In this document: positions 43,678-55,460 of the stretch, in pieces
Layout: the number at the start of each line of letters is the position of its first letter
Position numbering within the stretch: position 1 is the first letter of the stretch
Position numbers and translations under genes: made by a program
Assembly (NCBI RefSeq): GCF_009914755.1
Contig: NC_060926.1
DNA: 64,000 nucleotides
From: the human T2T-CHM13v2.0 reference genome, Homo sapiens
Strand: one strand, 5' to 3'
The notes under the pieces: generated by a model
Seen by the model: only the letters and a program-made list of their open reading frames with translations
Told to the model about the DNA's origin: nothing
The model's database searches: none

Positions 43678-46600
43678 CTAAGCAACGGATTTTTAATGCA
43701 GACAAAATAGCTTTCCATTGGAAGAAGATGCGATCTGAGGCTTTTATAGCTAGAGAGAAGTCAATGCATGGAAACAAAGCTTCAAAGGACAGTCTGACTC
43801 TCGTTTGGGGCTAATGCAGCTGGTGACTTTAAGTTGAAGTCAATGCACATTTACCATACTAAAAATTCTAGGGCCTGTAAGAATTATGTTTAATCTACTC
43901 TGCCTATGTGCTATAAGGGGAACAACAAGGTCTGGATGACAGCACATCTGTTTACAGCATGGTTTACTGAAATTTTAAGTCCACTGTTAAGACCTATTGC
44001 TTAGAAAAGATGCCTTTCAAAATATTACTGCTCATTGACAATGCACATAGTCACCCAAGAACTCTGATGGAGATGTATAAAACGATTAATGTTTTCATGT
44101 CTGCTGATACATCTAGTCTGCAGCCCATGGATTAAGGAGTAATTTTGACTTTAAAGTCTTATTATTTAAGAAATAACATTTCCTAGGGCTAAAGCTGCCA
44201 CAGTTATTCCTCCGATGGATCTGGGCAAAATAAATTGACAATCTTCTGCGAAAGTATTAACCATTCTAGATGCCATTAAGAACATTCATAATTCAAAGGA
44301 GAAGGTCAAAATATCAACATTAACAGAAATTTGAAAAAATCTGAGTCCAACCCTCATGGATGACTTTGAGGGTTCAAACCTTCTTTGGAGGAAGTAAACA
44401 CAGATGAGGTAAAAATCACAAGATAATTGGAAGTGGAGCCTAAAGATGTGAGTGAACTGCTGCAATCTCATGATAAAACTTAAAGACATAAGGAATTGTT
44501 TCTTAGGGATGAACAAAGAAAGTGGGTTTCTGGAGATGGACTCTACTCCTGGTGAAGAGGTTGTGAACATTTCTGAAATGAAAGCAAAGGATTTGGAATA
44601 TTACATAAACTTAGTTGAGAAGGCAGCAATAGGGTTTGATAGGATTGACTTCAATTTTGAAGGAAGTTCTACTGTGGGTAAATACCACCACATGCTACAG
44701 ATAAATATTTCATGGAAGGAACAGTCTTATCAATTTGGCAACCTGCATTGTTGTTGTATTTTCAGACATTGCTCCAGCCAACCCAGCCTTCAGCAACCAC
44801 CACCCTGAAGTCAGCAGCCATCGAGGTGAGACCCTCCACCAGAAAAAATATAATGACTCACTGATGGCTCAGATAATTGTTAGAGGTTTTTGAGCAAAAA
44901 ACGTATTTTTAAATTAAGGTATGTACATTGTTTTTTAGACATAATGGTCTTATACACCTAATAGACAACAGTATAGTATAAACATAACTTTTACACGCAT
45001 GGAGAAACAAAAAAGTTTGTGTAACTCACTTTAATATTTGCTTTATTGTGGTGATCTGGAACAAAATCAGAAGTATCTCTGTGGTATTCCTGTATTCACT
45101 TAAATAGTAGAGTCGGATTTCTAGCTTTTTTGCCCTTAAAATGGACTCAAAGTTTAAAATTACTTGCAAAGCACTAACTACAGACTCCTTTTATAATTTT
45201 GTATTTATTTTTAGTATTTGATAGTTGCTTTGAAACTTTAGTCAACAGTAAATTTTTAGTGACTTGCTTTCATTTAGTTTTTACAAAACTACTTTTCTAC
45301 TTTTCATATAAATTCTTTGTACTCACATTTCATTGACTTGCAGTATGATTAATAATTTGTAATGTGATTATTAACCAGCACAGTTGACATATGCATGCAC
45401 AAATTGGGTTGGGTTTTCTTTGTTGCCTCCTGCATGCCCAGAACTAGAATAATGCCCGGTTACATAATAGGTACTCAATAAATATTTGCTAAGTGAATAA
45501 CAAATGGTACACAACTCACTCTTAAGTATATAATAGAACAAGAGGAAGCAGAAGGGCTGTTGTGTGCTAGAAGAAAGCCTATCAGCCTAGAGTTTCACAT
45601 GCTATGTGCATTAGTTTTTTTTTTTTTTTTAGAAAAAAAGAATGGAGAATCAGTTATTACAGCAAATCTCTTAGATGGTAGTTGCTTAAAAGTGCTTCCA
45701 CTGCACTTTGATTACACATCTGGCTTAGCAAAAGCTTTTCCTTACTGTCTGCATAAAACTAAGCATTCCGTCTTAGTTTCCTCTAGGAATAAACTACCTT
45801 TCTCCATGTTAGCCTGTAACTAATTTAACTCCCCATCGCCCAGAGAAGGCTTGTGGAACATCTGAAGCTGTCTGTGGGGGCCAAGCTCCTGAAGGGTGAT
45901 TAGTAACATGTTCTCTCTTCAGTGTTCCATAGGACATTTGGAATCAATTAAATATTCAAATACAGAGTCCCTCAGATCTCTGGCCAGGCCCAGCAAGTTT
46001 GTCAGGGGGAGGGAGTTGAAGGCAGATAACTGCTCTTCCTCACACCAGAATCTATAGCTGGAGACAGACTTTTAAAATATACCCTTTAGGCTTCCTGGTC
46101 TGCAAGCAAATAGTTGTCCACAACATTAGAAATAATATGGAAAAACAACAGCAGCCTTATAGAGTAATAGGAGTCACAGCATATATGACAACTACTCTCA
46201 AACAAGGTGTCTTAAAGGTAAACAAGTAAGTGAGTACATTGGGCCTGGAAGACTGTACCAGTCATTTAAGTACAATAGTATGGTATGTACTGGCTACAAA
46301 TGGTCTTTACATTTTTGAAAGATTATAAAAAGAAATCTGGCCTTTTAGATGAAGTTTGCTGCCCCTTGGTTTAGAGTTTTGTTTCCATGATATGTACTTG
46401 CCTAACCATTAGCATCGCTAATTACTATTACTGCTAATGGATAGTAATGATTATGTGCATTGTGGAAGGAGAAATGGATGTGTGCCTGTATGTGCCAGAC
46501 ACTTTGCTAAACATTTTACCTAGTCTGTCTCTTTCATTCACTGAGTAATCCTTTAAAGTAGACACTTATATTTCAATATAGAGCCAAAAAAAATAATAGC

Positions 46601-48222
46601 TCGGAAAGGTTAAGTAACTTGCCAAGGTTACAGGAAGCATTACACAGTAGAGCTGTTAGTCAAACCCAATGTGGTGGTGTGTTTAAGCTGTGAAGCCCCT
46701 TGTCCAATTAAATCCTACTTAGAACCCCACTATATAAAATAGTTACTCTGAGCAAAGTTGAAACAGAAGGCCAGCAACCTCAACCCTTCTCAGAATAAGC
46801 TGCTTGAAACACGAGTCAATTTTTCAAAAAAAATGAAGCTGAGAACCAGCATGGAAAATGGGCTTTCAACTCATTTCTTCCATGATCTGGCACATTACAG
46901 TTTCCCCTCTGATATATTGCTGAGGGTGAGAACAATACCAAAATAACAGGACTGCCTTTTACTTATTTCTTTGCCCAGTAAAATGGATTAAAGTGAGTCA
47001 GCAAAAGGGAGAAAGAAGGAGGGGAAGTTAAGGACTTCTTCAAAATCTACCTCATCATTTTGGAGCTCTTAGTCCTCAATTCCATCAAACACAGTGGTGC
47101 GAAGGACATCTTCCAAATGGCAGCTCATTTTACCTTAATAGTTGGTGTTTCCAGGTAAGTTTCTAGCTTTCTATCATGATAAGTTAATATATCCTATTTT
47201 ATTATGGTGCCACAAACAAAAGAACTCTGAAAGGCTCAACTCTTACAAAAGGTCCAAATCCCCTGAAAAGCATCAAGTATCAAAATGCAGCCAGAAAAGA
47301 TGGTATTAAATGAAAAAAAGGGGCTCCCTTTTAATGAAGTCGAGGTGTAGGACAGATTTATTAGCTTCCATTTTTCCAAGTTGCATTCTGGTGTATTTCC
47401 TGCCTATATTTCTAAGTTCAGCAGGTCTCTTTGTAGGATTACTTTTTAAAAATACAATGTTTCAAAGAATATGATGCAGCTATATCCACTACACCTGCAG
47501 AGACACACCTGTGATGATACACTGTTTCTCCAATTCACAAGGCAATGCTCTAACAGAAAACAGACCTTCTGCATGATATGCCAAGATCCTGCCATTCTTG
47601 AAAATAACCGATACTCATAAGCTGATATTATAAATGGTCTTAAAAATAATAACCAAGAATTATCCCTGGGCTAAATAGTCATTAAATTCAGTGTAACTGT
47701 CTATACTTTAGTGTTATAATTCCTTTTTCCGATATGAGATAGTGAAACAAATAATTAAAATTAAGTAGATACTTTTGATGTTGTAACACAGATGCCTGCA
47801 ATATTCCTATTTGGGCTCAATTATTCTTATGCATACCATTATTTACTGATTTTTTACTGTGTGCTGGGCACTATACTTGATTCTTGATGGAGGAAAGCTA
47901 ATAATAAAATAAATCTCCTTTCCTTAGAGAATTTCTATTCTGATTATCTGACTGAACCTGTGAATGAATAATTAGTGCACTAAACTCCTAGTAAAAGTAC
48001 CAAGATCAAGGGGGAAAAAAAAAGTAGGAAGAGAGAATTGTCTCTGCCTACGGGGGCTGGAGAAAGGAACACATTTGAAAGGAACCTGAAGGGTAAGTCG
48101 TATTTCCAAGGAAAAAGGAGATGGCATTCCAGACTGAAAGAACAATATAAAGAAAGGCCCAAAGCAAGTGAGTAGGTGACTGTTCTAAAATCAGGACTGG
48201 ATTATCTGATGGGATGACCAGA

Positions 48223-48405
48223 GATGTACTGTCCAAGATACCAGTTGCTAGACATGTGCCTATTTAAATTAACATTACATATAATTAGAAATTCAGTTCT
48301 CAGTTGAATTTGAAGTACTTAATAATCCCATGTTTCTAGAGTCCATCACATCAGACAACACAGAGTATTCCTTTCCTCACTGCAAAGTTCTACTGAACAG
48401 TGCTG
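48223..48405. mobile_element. MER3-like hAT MITE
   Basis: Begins actgtccaa, ends aaagttctactgaacagtgctg (inverted ends). Confidence 0.7.
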
Positions 48406-48854
48406 AGTATGAGAGTATAGGGTAAGCATGGTGCTGTCTCATGGAGCCTCAACTCTATCTTCAACAGTTTAATCTTTAGTCTAAATAAAAGTGGTTTATA
48501 AACCACTATATTCTATGAAATCCCTTTAGGAATTGCCGTGGGGGACTCCACCTTGGCAGCATTGCGATAACCTGCTTTACCCCCTCCAGCTTCTACGTTT
48601 CAGTGAAACACCGCTTTTGAAGAAAGAATTCTGCCAAATTTTTTTTTTTTTAAGGCTCAAAACCCACTGTTTTTTAAGCAGGAATGTGATAGATTTGGGT
48701 TTTAGGAATATTATCTCTCAGAGCAGTGTACAAGATACGTGGCAAGAAGAGACTGGGCAGACCAAGATCAGCATAGGCTAATGGTGACATGATAAAGGAC
48801 TGTATTCAGTGAAGCCTCCAAAGAAATGCACAGTTAAGAATTTGTACCAGTAAA

Positions 48855-48860
48855 TTTATT
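48855..48860 (-). terminator. RDH14: RDH14 polyadenylation signal AATAAA
   Basis: tttatt on + strand about 440 nt after the stop codon, followed on the minus strand by U/GU-rich sequence (ttcttaactgtgcatttcttt). Confidence 0.8.
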
Positions 48861-49301
48861 CCAAGTAAGACTTGTGTGCACACACCAGGCAGATAATTTC
48901 CACACAAACACCAAACATTGTAGTAAAACTAGTTAACACTTTGGCCATGAAACTCAAAGATACTTGAAAAACCTCTCGATAGCACTTTGAGTCACTTAAT
49001 TCTGACAAATATTAATATGTCATCCATGCTTGCCCAGTTATAATTTTACAATATAATTGTATTTTTCATTGTACTTATTATTCATTATACTTACTATATA
49101 TATTTAAAACATCTTTGCTGAAATTCTCTTATCCCAAAAATAATTTTTCAGTAACTCCAAAATACCCACATGTACCTCTTAGCAGGCTATTCCAATATCA
49201 AAATTCTTTTTCTTCAAGTAACAAGTTCTCAATCCACACCATTCCTGATCACAGATATAACTGATATGCAGTTTTATAAACAGCTCTTTTACTCCTTGTT
49301 C

Positions 49302-49919
49302 CTATTTTAGCAGGCCAACCATCACTTCACTGATATCCCAGAGTTTTCTTGCAACAGATTCATCCATAGCTTTGGGCAACAGTTCTTCCTCTTTACAATC
49401 CCCAAAGTATCTTCCTGACACTCCTTCTACCTCAGGTGAAGAGGCCAAATAAATGGAAGTCTGGGCACCTTCTACTGGAGTTTTGAAAAAAGCCCATGAC
49501 ACCAAATTGAAGAGTGGTTTGACCAACAGTGGAATGTGTATGTGCCTCCCCAGATTTGTCCGTACAATACCAGGATGCAACACATTGACGGTGACATTTG
49601 TGCCTTCTAAGCGGCGGGCTAGTTCCCTGGTAAAAAGAATGTTAGCCAGTTTGCTCCGGCTATAACAAAAGCTTTTATTATAGCTTTGTTCACTGTTCAA
49701 GTCATCAAAATTGATGTCTCCGTATTTATAAAGTTTGGAAGAAACTACCACAATCCTGCTGGGAGCTGAACTTTTGAGGAGTCCAAGGAGAAGATTGGTG
49801 AGTAGAAAGTGCCCCAGATGGTTCACTCCGAACTGCATCTCAAACCCATCTTCAGTCTTCATGTAAGGGCACTGGAAGATCCCTGCGTTATTGATCAAGA
49901 CATCCAGCCTAGGCTCTTC
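49302..49919 (-). CDS. RDH14: Retinol dehydrogenase 14, coding exon 2 (aa 132-336 + stop)
   Basis: Acceptor ttctctttttgacatttaaag|GAA. Reads [13 protein letters not shown] (NNAG motif)...VVVSS...YSRSK (catalytic YxxxK)...VNVLHPG...GLLK*. 618 nt; with exon 1 gives 336 aa. Confidence 0.97.
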   Translation of the reverse strand, partial: EEPRLDVLINNAGIFQCPYMKTEDGFEMQFGVNHLGHFLLTNLLLGLLKSSAPSRIVVVSSKLYKYGDINFDDLNSEQSYNKSFCYSRSKLANILFTRELARRLEGTNVTVNVLHPGIVRTNLGRHIHIPLLVKPLFNLVSWAFFKTPVEGAQTSIYLASSPEVEGVSGRYFGDCKEEELLPKAMDESVARKLWDISEVMVGLLK

Positions 49920-52046
49920 CTTTAAATGTCAAAAAGAGAATGGCAGAATTATTAAGAACACACGCCTTGTATTGCTTTTTCTGTTCATGATAATTACATT
50001 TTAATAAAAATGGGCACTTGAGACTAAAAGCATTTAATTTCAGTTGTTGGTCTATCGATCAGAGAACTACTTGAAACACTGGCAATTTTGTGTTTAATAA
50101 ATGGGGAAAGGGATTCCTCCGCAGGATGTTCCTCAGATAAATACTGATGTTCATGATCTTTCATTCAACAGCTCTTTTTTCTCATTTATTAAAATGATAT
50201 ACAGAAAGATATTTATCTACAGTCATCTTCCAATAAAAGATGTAGAAACTAAATCTAAGACTTAATTTCTGGTTTTATGCTTTTATAACAATAACATTTA
50301 CAAATATATAAACTTTAACATTGCATTAGAAAGTTGACTACGTGATCAGTACCAAGATCTTTCTCAAAACAGAAATACAGTCAATTTGAGGACAAGGCAC
50401 TCCTACAATCCCATATTTCTCCCTTTAATTTCAGTTGAACTAGGAAAATATCAATTTGGGAGTTATCAGGTTAATACTGAGATCATATCAAAATTATAAG
50501 TGTACCTATGATAAAATGTTTAAAAATACTTGCAAACTACTAAAATTCTATCCCAAAATGCTTCTATGAGCTTCCAATAATTGAGAGAAAAATAGAAAAA
50601 AAAATAGATGCAGAAGCTTGATAGGAGCCAGGTTTTGTGCTTTTCGCATGTCACCACATCTAATTCCAACAACTGTATAAGCAAATGAAGCTCACAGGCT
50701 AGGTGACTTGCCCAGTATCAGAACTCCTAAGTAGCAAAATAAGATCAGATCTGAAGATGAAGTCTTTGACACCAAGGCCTATTTTCTTAATTAGTAAGCT
50801 GGCATGGCTTTCTAATTGGGATTTTCAAAACAGCTAGAGAGGCAATGAAAGCTAGACAGACCATATGCTGTAGAAAACAGGTAAGCATAGTTTATTCCCA
50901 GAGCTACTGGTTATCAACACCAAGGGCAAACTTATGGTTGCTTTATTCTGTAGTTCTCTCAGGGTAAATGGCACCATGGGGGTGGAACAACTTCAAGTCA
51001 TTTCCTTAAAAGTGAAACAAGCAATAGAAAAGGTCAGAAATGCAAACTTAACACTGGAGAGAACATCATGAATAAATCGAGATTCATAAAGAATAATCAA
51101 AGATTAAGAAAAAAATAATCAGGTAATATAAAAATATCCAGCGTAAAGGGGACTCTAGGAGATCTGTACAGTCAACATTTTATACTCTGAACTTATGCTT
51201 CTGTATCTTTCCAAATTAAAGTCCTAAAATTTAGACTGTTCTCATAGGGAAGTCTTTTTATTCCTTAAATCATGTAAGATGGTCTTCTCTAGCCTTTTCT
51301 CGGTTGTTCTGTTTCTTTTGATGGACAAAGAAATGCACAACATGTTCCAAGTGTAAAGACACTGTGATGACCCATGATTAATATGAGGTCAAATTTCAAA
51401 TTTCACTGGCCCTTCTGCCAACTATAAGTGAAAAGAAAAATGTGTTACATTTCACAACTGTTATCGAAGCCCACCTGTCAGAGGATTAACTATTTCTCAT
51501 TCTGCCCTGTCTAAGCATCTTTGGGTTTTCCAATAGTCAACTTCAAAAAGAAGGCAAGAGTTCACTCATGGGGGAAAGAAAGGAGTATTCTTTTTCACAA
51601 ATCCTTTGGAAGATTTTCCTGAATTAATCATTTGTTATCCAGCATTCTTTGCTGGGCTTGTGTTATTTTAAAATTTTGTCATTTACTATTTTTTTAAATT
51701 CTACGAGATAAATGAAATAAATACCAAGAATACCAACCTGTGGGAAATCTACATTTCCATTTTTTTTTCCTTCTAATTATAGTCACTTAACTTCAGAGCC
51801 AGGCAGGAACAGAAATACTTACTTAGAAGCAAGGACAACTTAATTATCTCTTTGTGTCCTCACTTTTTAATTAGTTCTGCCTCAAGTGCCAAAGAAGCAA
51901 ACCCAGCCCCATCTATATTTTAAAGAGGAACAGAAAGATCCATCTTTAATGCTTCCAAAATCTCACTGATGAGTATTATTTCTTAACCTGTGTTACACAT
52001 AATTAAATACTAGCAATAAACAAAAAACCAACTCTCTAGTTCTGCA

Positions 52047-53235
52047 ACAGCTCCCGAACTGTGGCCTACAGCATTGCAGCAAACTCTCAGGGTGTTGTGG
52101 AATATTTTAAATTTTCGAGGGAAACACAGTGATATTTGCTCAATACCTCAAAACTACTAGCTCCAGGTGGTTCACAGCTTGAACATTACATTGTGCTATA
52201 TTCCTTTCAATGACATTATTTCTTTGTGGAGCTGACTTTTAAGCAGCTGTTAGCAGTTGCTGTAATAAAAAACAAGAACAATGCTAAAAATCTACCTAGA
52301 ACAGGAAATGAGGGTGGAAGTGTCCAATCTGATTCCAAGGTTTCAGACACTGGTGTAATGACCAACAGAGATACATTTCCCATTAGTAGTTATGGCTGTT
52401 TAAGAACAAAATAAACATATTATTTTTTTCTTTCAATTATGTTATCTTCTCAAATAGCTACTAAGTTGTTAGGACATAACTACTTATTAGGTTGTGTCAA
52501 AGGAAAATAAATCTCAGAACCCAAAATCACTAAGTCAAAGGTTAAAGTCAAGCTGGGAACTGCCTCAGACAAACCTGCCTCCCATTTTATTCCTAAATAA
52601 GATAGCTACAAAGAAAAAGAAGCTACATATCACCCTCATAATTTGCCCACATGGGCCTCAAGATCTTTACCCTAAAACACTTCTGTTGAATTTCACCCTG
52701 GCAATGTATTCATAAATTGATAGCTCATCTTCACAAGTGCCAAACAAAAGACAGAACTCTAAAGTCATCCTTCTGCTCACCTGAGATAAATGCTTATCTG
52801 ATTGCTGACTCTGCCGTATTGTTTATGTGAAAATGCAGACTCACTGAGCCAGTCTAAGACATAAGTGATTATTCCTCTATCCCTCCTGCACATGTAAATT
52901 GTATTCAGTAAAAGGCTAATCAAAGACCCAAAAGAATGCAACCTTTTGTCTCCCATCTACCTATGACCTGGAAGCCCCCACTTCGAGTTGTCCCACTTTT
53001 CCAGGAGAACCAATGTATACCTTACATATGTGATTGATGTCTCATGTCTCCCTAAAATGTATAAAACCAAGCTGTGCCCCGACCACCTTGGGCACATGTC
53101 CTCAGGACCGCCTGAGGTTCTGCCACGGGTGCATCCTTAACCTTGGCAAAATAAACTTTCTAAATAAATGAACTGGGAAATATTTCTGGCCTAAGGGCAT
53201 CATGAAAAAATTACTGAGAAAATTTGGGAACCTCT
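52047..53235. mobile_element. Charlie4a-like hAT element split by a MER4 LTR (RDH14 intron)
   Basis: ttttaaattttcgagggaaacacag...acaggaaatgagggtgg...tccaatctgattccaaggttt; resumes after the LTR and ends tttgggaacctct. Confidence 0.75.
52494..53165 (+). mobile_element. MER4A-type ERV1 solo LTR, 3' end missing
   Basis: aaaggaaaataaatctc...aagtcaagctgggaactgc...gaccaccttgggcacatgtc...ggcaaaataaactttctaa. Confidence 0.88.
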
Positions 53236-54293
53236 TCTCTAGACTCAAGAGACTCTACGTCATATAGGCACCTTTCTTGTCCCAGCTAATTTTAAATTTC
53301 ACTCTTCTGAACAAATGCCCTCTGAATGCCAGTTATCCCTGCAAGAAACTCTTCTACCTCAATCTCAACGGAGAACATCCACTTATGTGGAATTACTTAC
53401 CATTTGCACAAAGAAATCCTCACACCTCACTGCCAGGCAGCAGGAGGAAAGAACAAGGGTTAAAAGCAAGTGTTCTGGAGACAGACCACAAGCAAGTTTC
53501 TTAGCCTTCCTATGCCTCAGTTTCCTCGCGTTGTAAAACAGGGATGATAATAATGCCTACTCCACAGGGTTACTGTGTAGCTTCAATGACAGTTATAGGC
53601 AAGGACACTTCATTTTCATTTAAGACAAAAAGGAAAATCTGAAATGCTTGGCACAGCTCCTGGCATACAGATCTTCAATAATGCTGGGTGTTATTTTTAT
53701 TCCTGTCTCTGTATGGAGCATGACCACTGGGTTCCAAAATGTATTCTACTTGGAAATCAGGCCACAGTCCCGTTAAGGATGGTGCTGAGTTTACTGGTGG
53801 CAGCGAGCTCCTTACCCCAGCAGAAAAGGGGCAGAGGCCGGGGGAAGGAGAACTTTTTTTAAAGGACTGATATGAGGTCCTTAGCTAGCAACTTCCCCCA
53901 GTGCTCAGGGGTTCTGAAGACACAGCTTGGTGCAAATTCACTTCTGACACAGGAAAAACAATTCAGAGGCCATGGATCTACTTCGGGGCGGTCCTCACGT
54001 AACGAAATGAAACGTTCAGAAACTGGTTTATTTATTTTTCTCTTGGGCCCATTTCTTTTTCGACATCCTTAGAGGACAGAAGGCAGCCCTCCCAGTTAGT
54101 TTCTCTTTCCCTCTCAACCCTGCAGCTTCCCGGCCGCCTCAAAGTGGCTTTTTGGACTCCTCTCAGCCTCAGCGGTTCCCAAGGTGACACCCTGAACCCC
54201 AGGGCGGTCCCTCGCGGCTCAGCCCCAGCCCGCAGTCCCCTCCCACACCGTGCCCAGGCCCTCCCCACCAGCCCGGCCCCCCGAGGCCCACAC

Positions 54294-54686
54294 CTGGAGC
54301 ATTTCCTGGCAGAAGGCGCGCACCGAGCGCAGCGAGGCGAGGTCCAGCTCCCGGACTATGAGCTCGCCCACCCCGCTGACGCCAGGCTCTGGGCCGCACT
54401 CCGCGGCCTGGCGGAGCTCGCGGCGGAGCTGACCCGCCGCCTCCTCGGCGCGCGCGCGGTCCCGGCAGCCCATGATCACCCGCGCTCCCAGGCGCAGTAG
54501 CTCGGCGGCCGTGGCGCGGCCCAGGCCGCTGTTCGCCCCGGTGATCAGCACAGTCTTCCCGTGCATGAGGCCGGGGTCCCCGCCTCTGCGCAGCCGCTGG
54601 ACCCTGGGCCCCACGAACCGGCGGGCCGCCAGCCACAGCGCCCCGCCCAGAGCGGCCAGTACTGCCGCCGCAGTGGCCACTGCCAT
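54294..54686 (-). CDS. RDH14: Retinol dehydrogenase 14, coding exon 1 (aa 1-131)
   Basis: ATG at 54686 in strong Kozak context (ACGATGG). Translates [23 protein letters not shown] (signal anchor)...[13 protein letters not shown] (SDR TGxxxGxG)...[19 protein letters not shown]. Ends at donor CAG|GTGTGG; 393 nt, phase 0. Confidence 0.97.
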
Positions 54687-54816
54687 CGTCAGGCCCGAGG
54701 GCCCACCGGCCCCTCCACGGGAGTTCCGCAGCCGCCGCCTTACCGGAACCCAAGAGACCACCTGTACGCGGAGAACGCTGGGGCGCGGCGGGTCGGCCCC
54801 TGACGGTGCGCGTGGG

Positions 54817-54837
54817 GCATGCTGGGACTTGTAGTTT
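54817..54837 (-). promoter_or_regulatory. ZNF143/THAP11 (SBS2, ACTACA-type) promoter motif
   Basis: Minus strand AAACTACAAGTCCCAGCATGC matches RACTACAnnTCCCAnnATGC, about 130 bp upstream of the RDH14 ATG. Confidence 0.85.
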
Positions 54838-54854
54838 CCCTCTGGGGGGGTCGC

Positions 54855-54864
54855 CTGATTGGTT
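54855..54864 (-). promoter_or_regulatory. CCAAT box (NF-Y site)
   Basis: Minus strand AACCAATCAG, full NF-Y consensus, just upstream of the SBS motif. Confidence 0.75.
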
Positions 54865-55238
54865 GTGAGAGTTCAGCGCCCTGGGTCCTGCGCCCTCCGT
54901 GGAAGCTCCTCCCAGCCTAATGATGGAGGCTGGGCAACCAGCACAGTGTTCAGGGTGCTGGGGTTCATACGTATTGAAATCCCAGAGTAGTGGCGGACTT
55001 CCCCATGGGAATGTCTGATGAGTACTTTGAATCACAGATCTCTGTACAGGCCCTGTTACAAATGCCACTCCTCAGGGCATTTCGTGTGTTTTCCTTTGAG
55101 GGCTCTTGGGACTTGTAAATTCAGTTCAATTCACCTTCTGAGGAATGGGCCCTGACAAGCTGAAGTCTGAGGTAGGACTGTTTTTCATAGATGAGACAAA
55201 GAATTAAGCAACATGAATCAGTTGGAAATAGAATGGTC

Positions 55239-55460
55239 GAGTAGTTCTCAAACTTAAATGCACATCAGAATCACCTGGAGGACTTGGGGTGGGGGTTCGG
55301 GGTGGGGGAATGAAACAAAACGAAAACAAAAAACCAGGGCCCCAGTATTAGAGTTTCTAATTCAATAGGTACAGGATGGGGCCTGATAATTTGCACTTTT
55401 AACAAGTTTCCAGGTGCTGCTGCTGCTGCAGATCTGGGAACCACACTTTGAGAACCACTG
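55239..55460. mobile_element. MER5A hAT MITE upstream of RDH14 promoter
   Basis: TIRs agtagttctcaaa ... tttgagaaccactg; internal catcagaatcacctggag and ttttaacaagtttccaggtg. Confidence 0.88.

Larger units (their letters stand above)
54120..54900. promoter_or_regulatory. RDH14: CpG island covering RDH14 promoter and exon 1
   Basis: Very high GC and CpG density against the CpG-depleted remainder of the window; boundaries approximate. Confidence 0.92.

Noticed and set aside
42633-44808. Transposase-like ORF pieces as a possible domesticated gene
   Set aside because: Multiple stops and frameshifts plus an LTR insertion; a decayed Tigger1.
48490-48507. Perfect 18-bp palindrome agtggtttataaaccact downstream of the RDH14 poly(A) site
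   Set aside because: Expected about 0.25 times per 64 kb at uniform base composition, and more in AT-rich DNA, so not significant alone.
49302-49898. 198-aa ORF treated as a standalone gene starting MINNAG
   Set aside because: Its start is a TTG inside RDH14 exon 2; the true exon begins at the acceptor at 49919.
54144-54834. Several + strand ORFs antisense to RDH14 exon 1
   Set aside because: GC-rich shadow frames with no recognisable protein features.
54169-55068. 299-aa minus-strand ORF overlapping RDH14 exon 1 in another frame
   Set aside because: Starts at GTG, has no internal Met, begins upstream of the promoter motifs, and is Gly/Arg/Pro-rich. This is a typical stop-poor CpG-island artefact.
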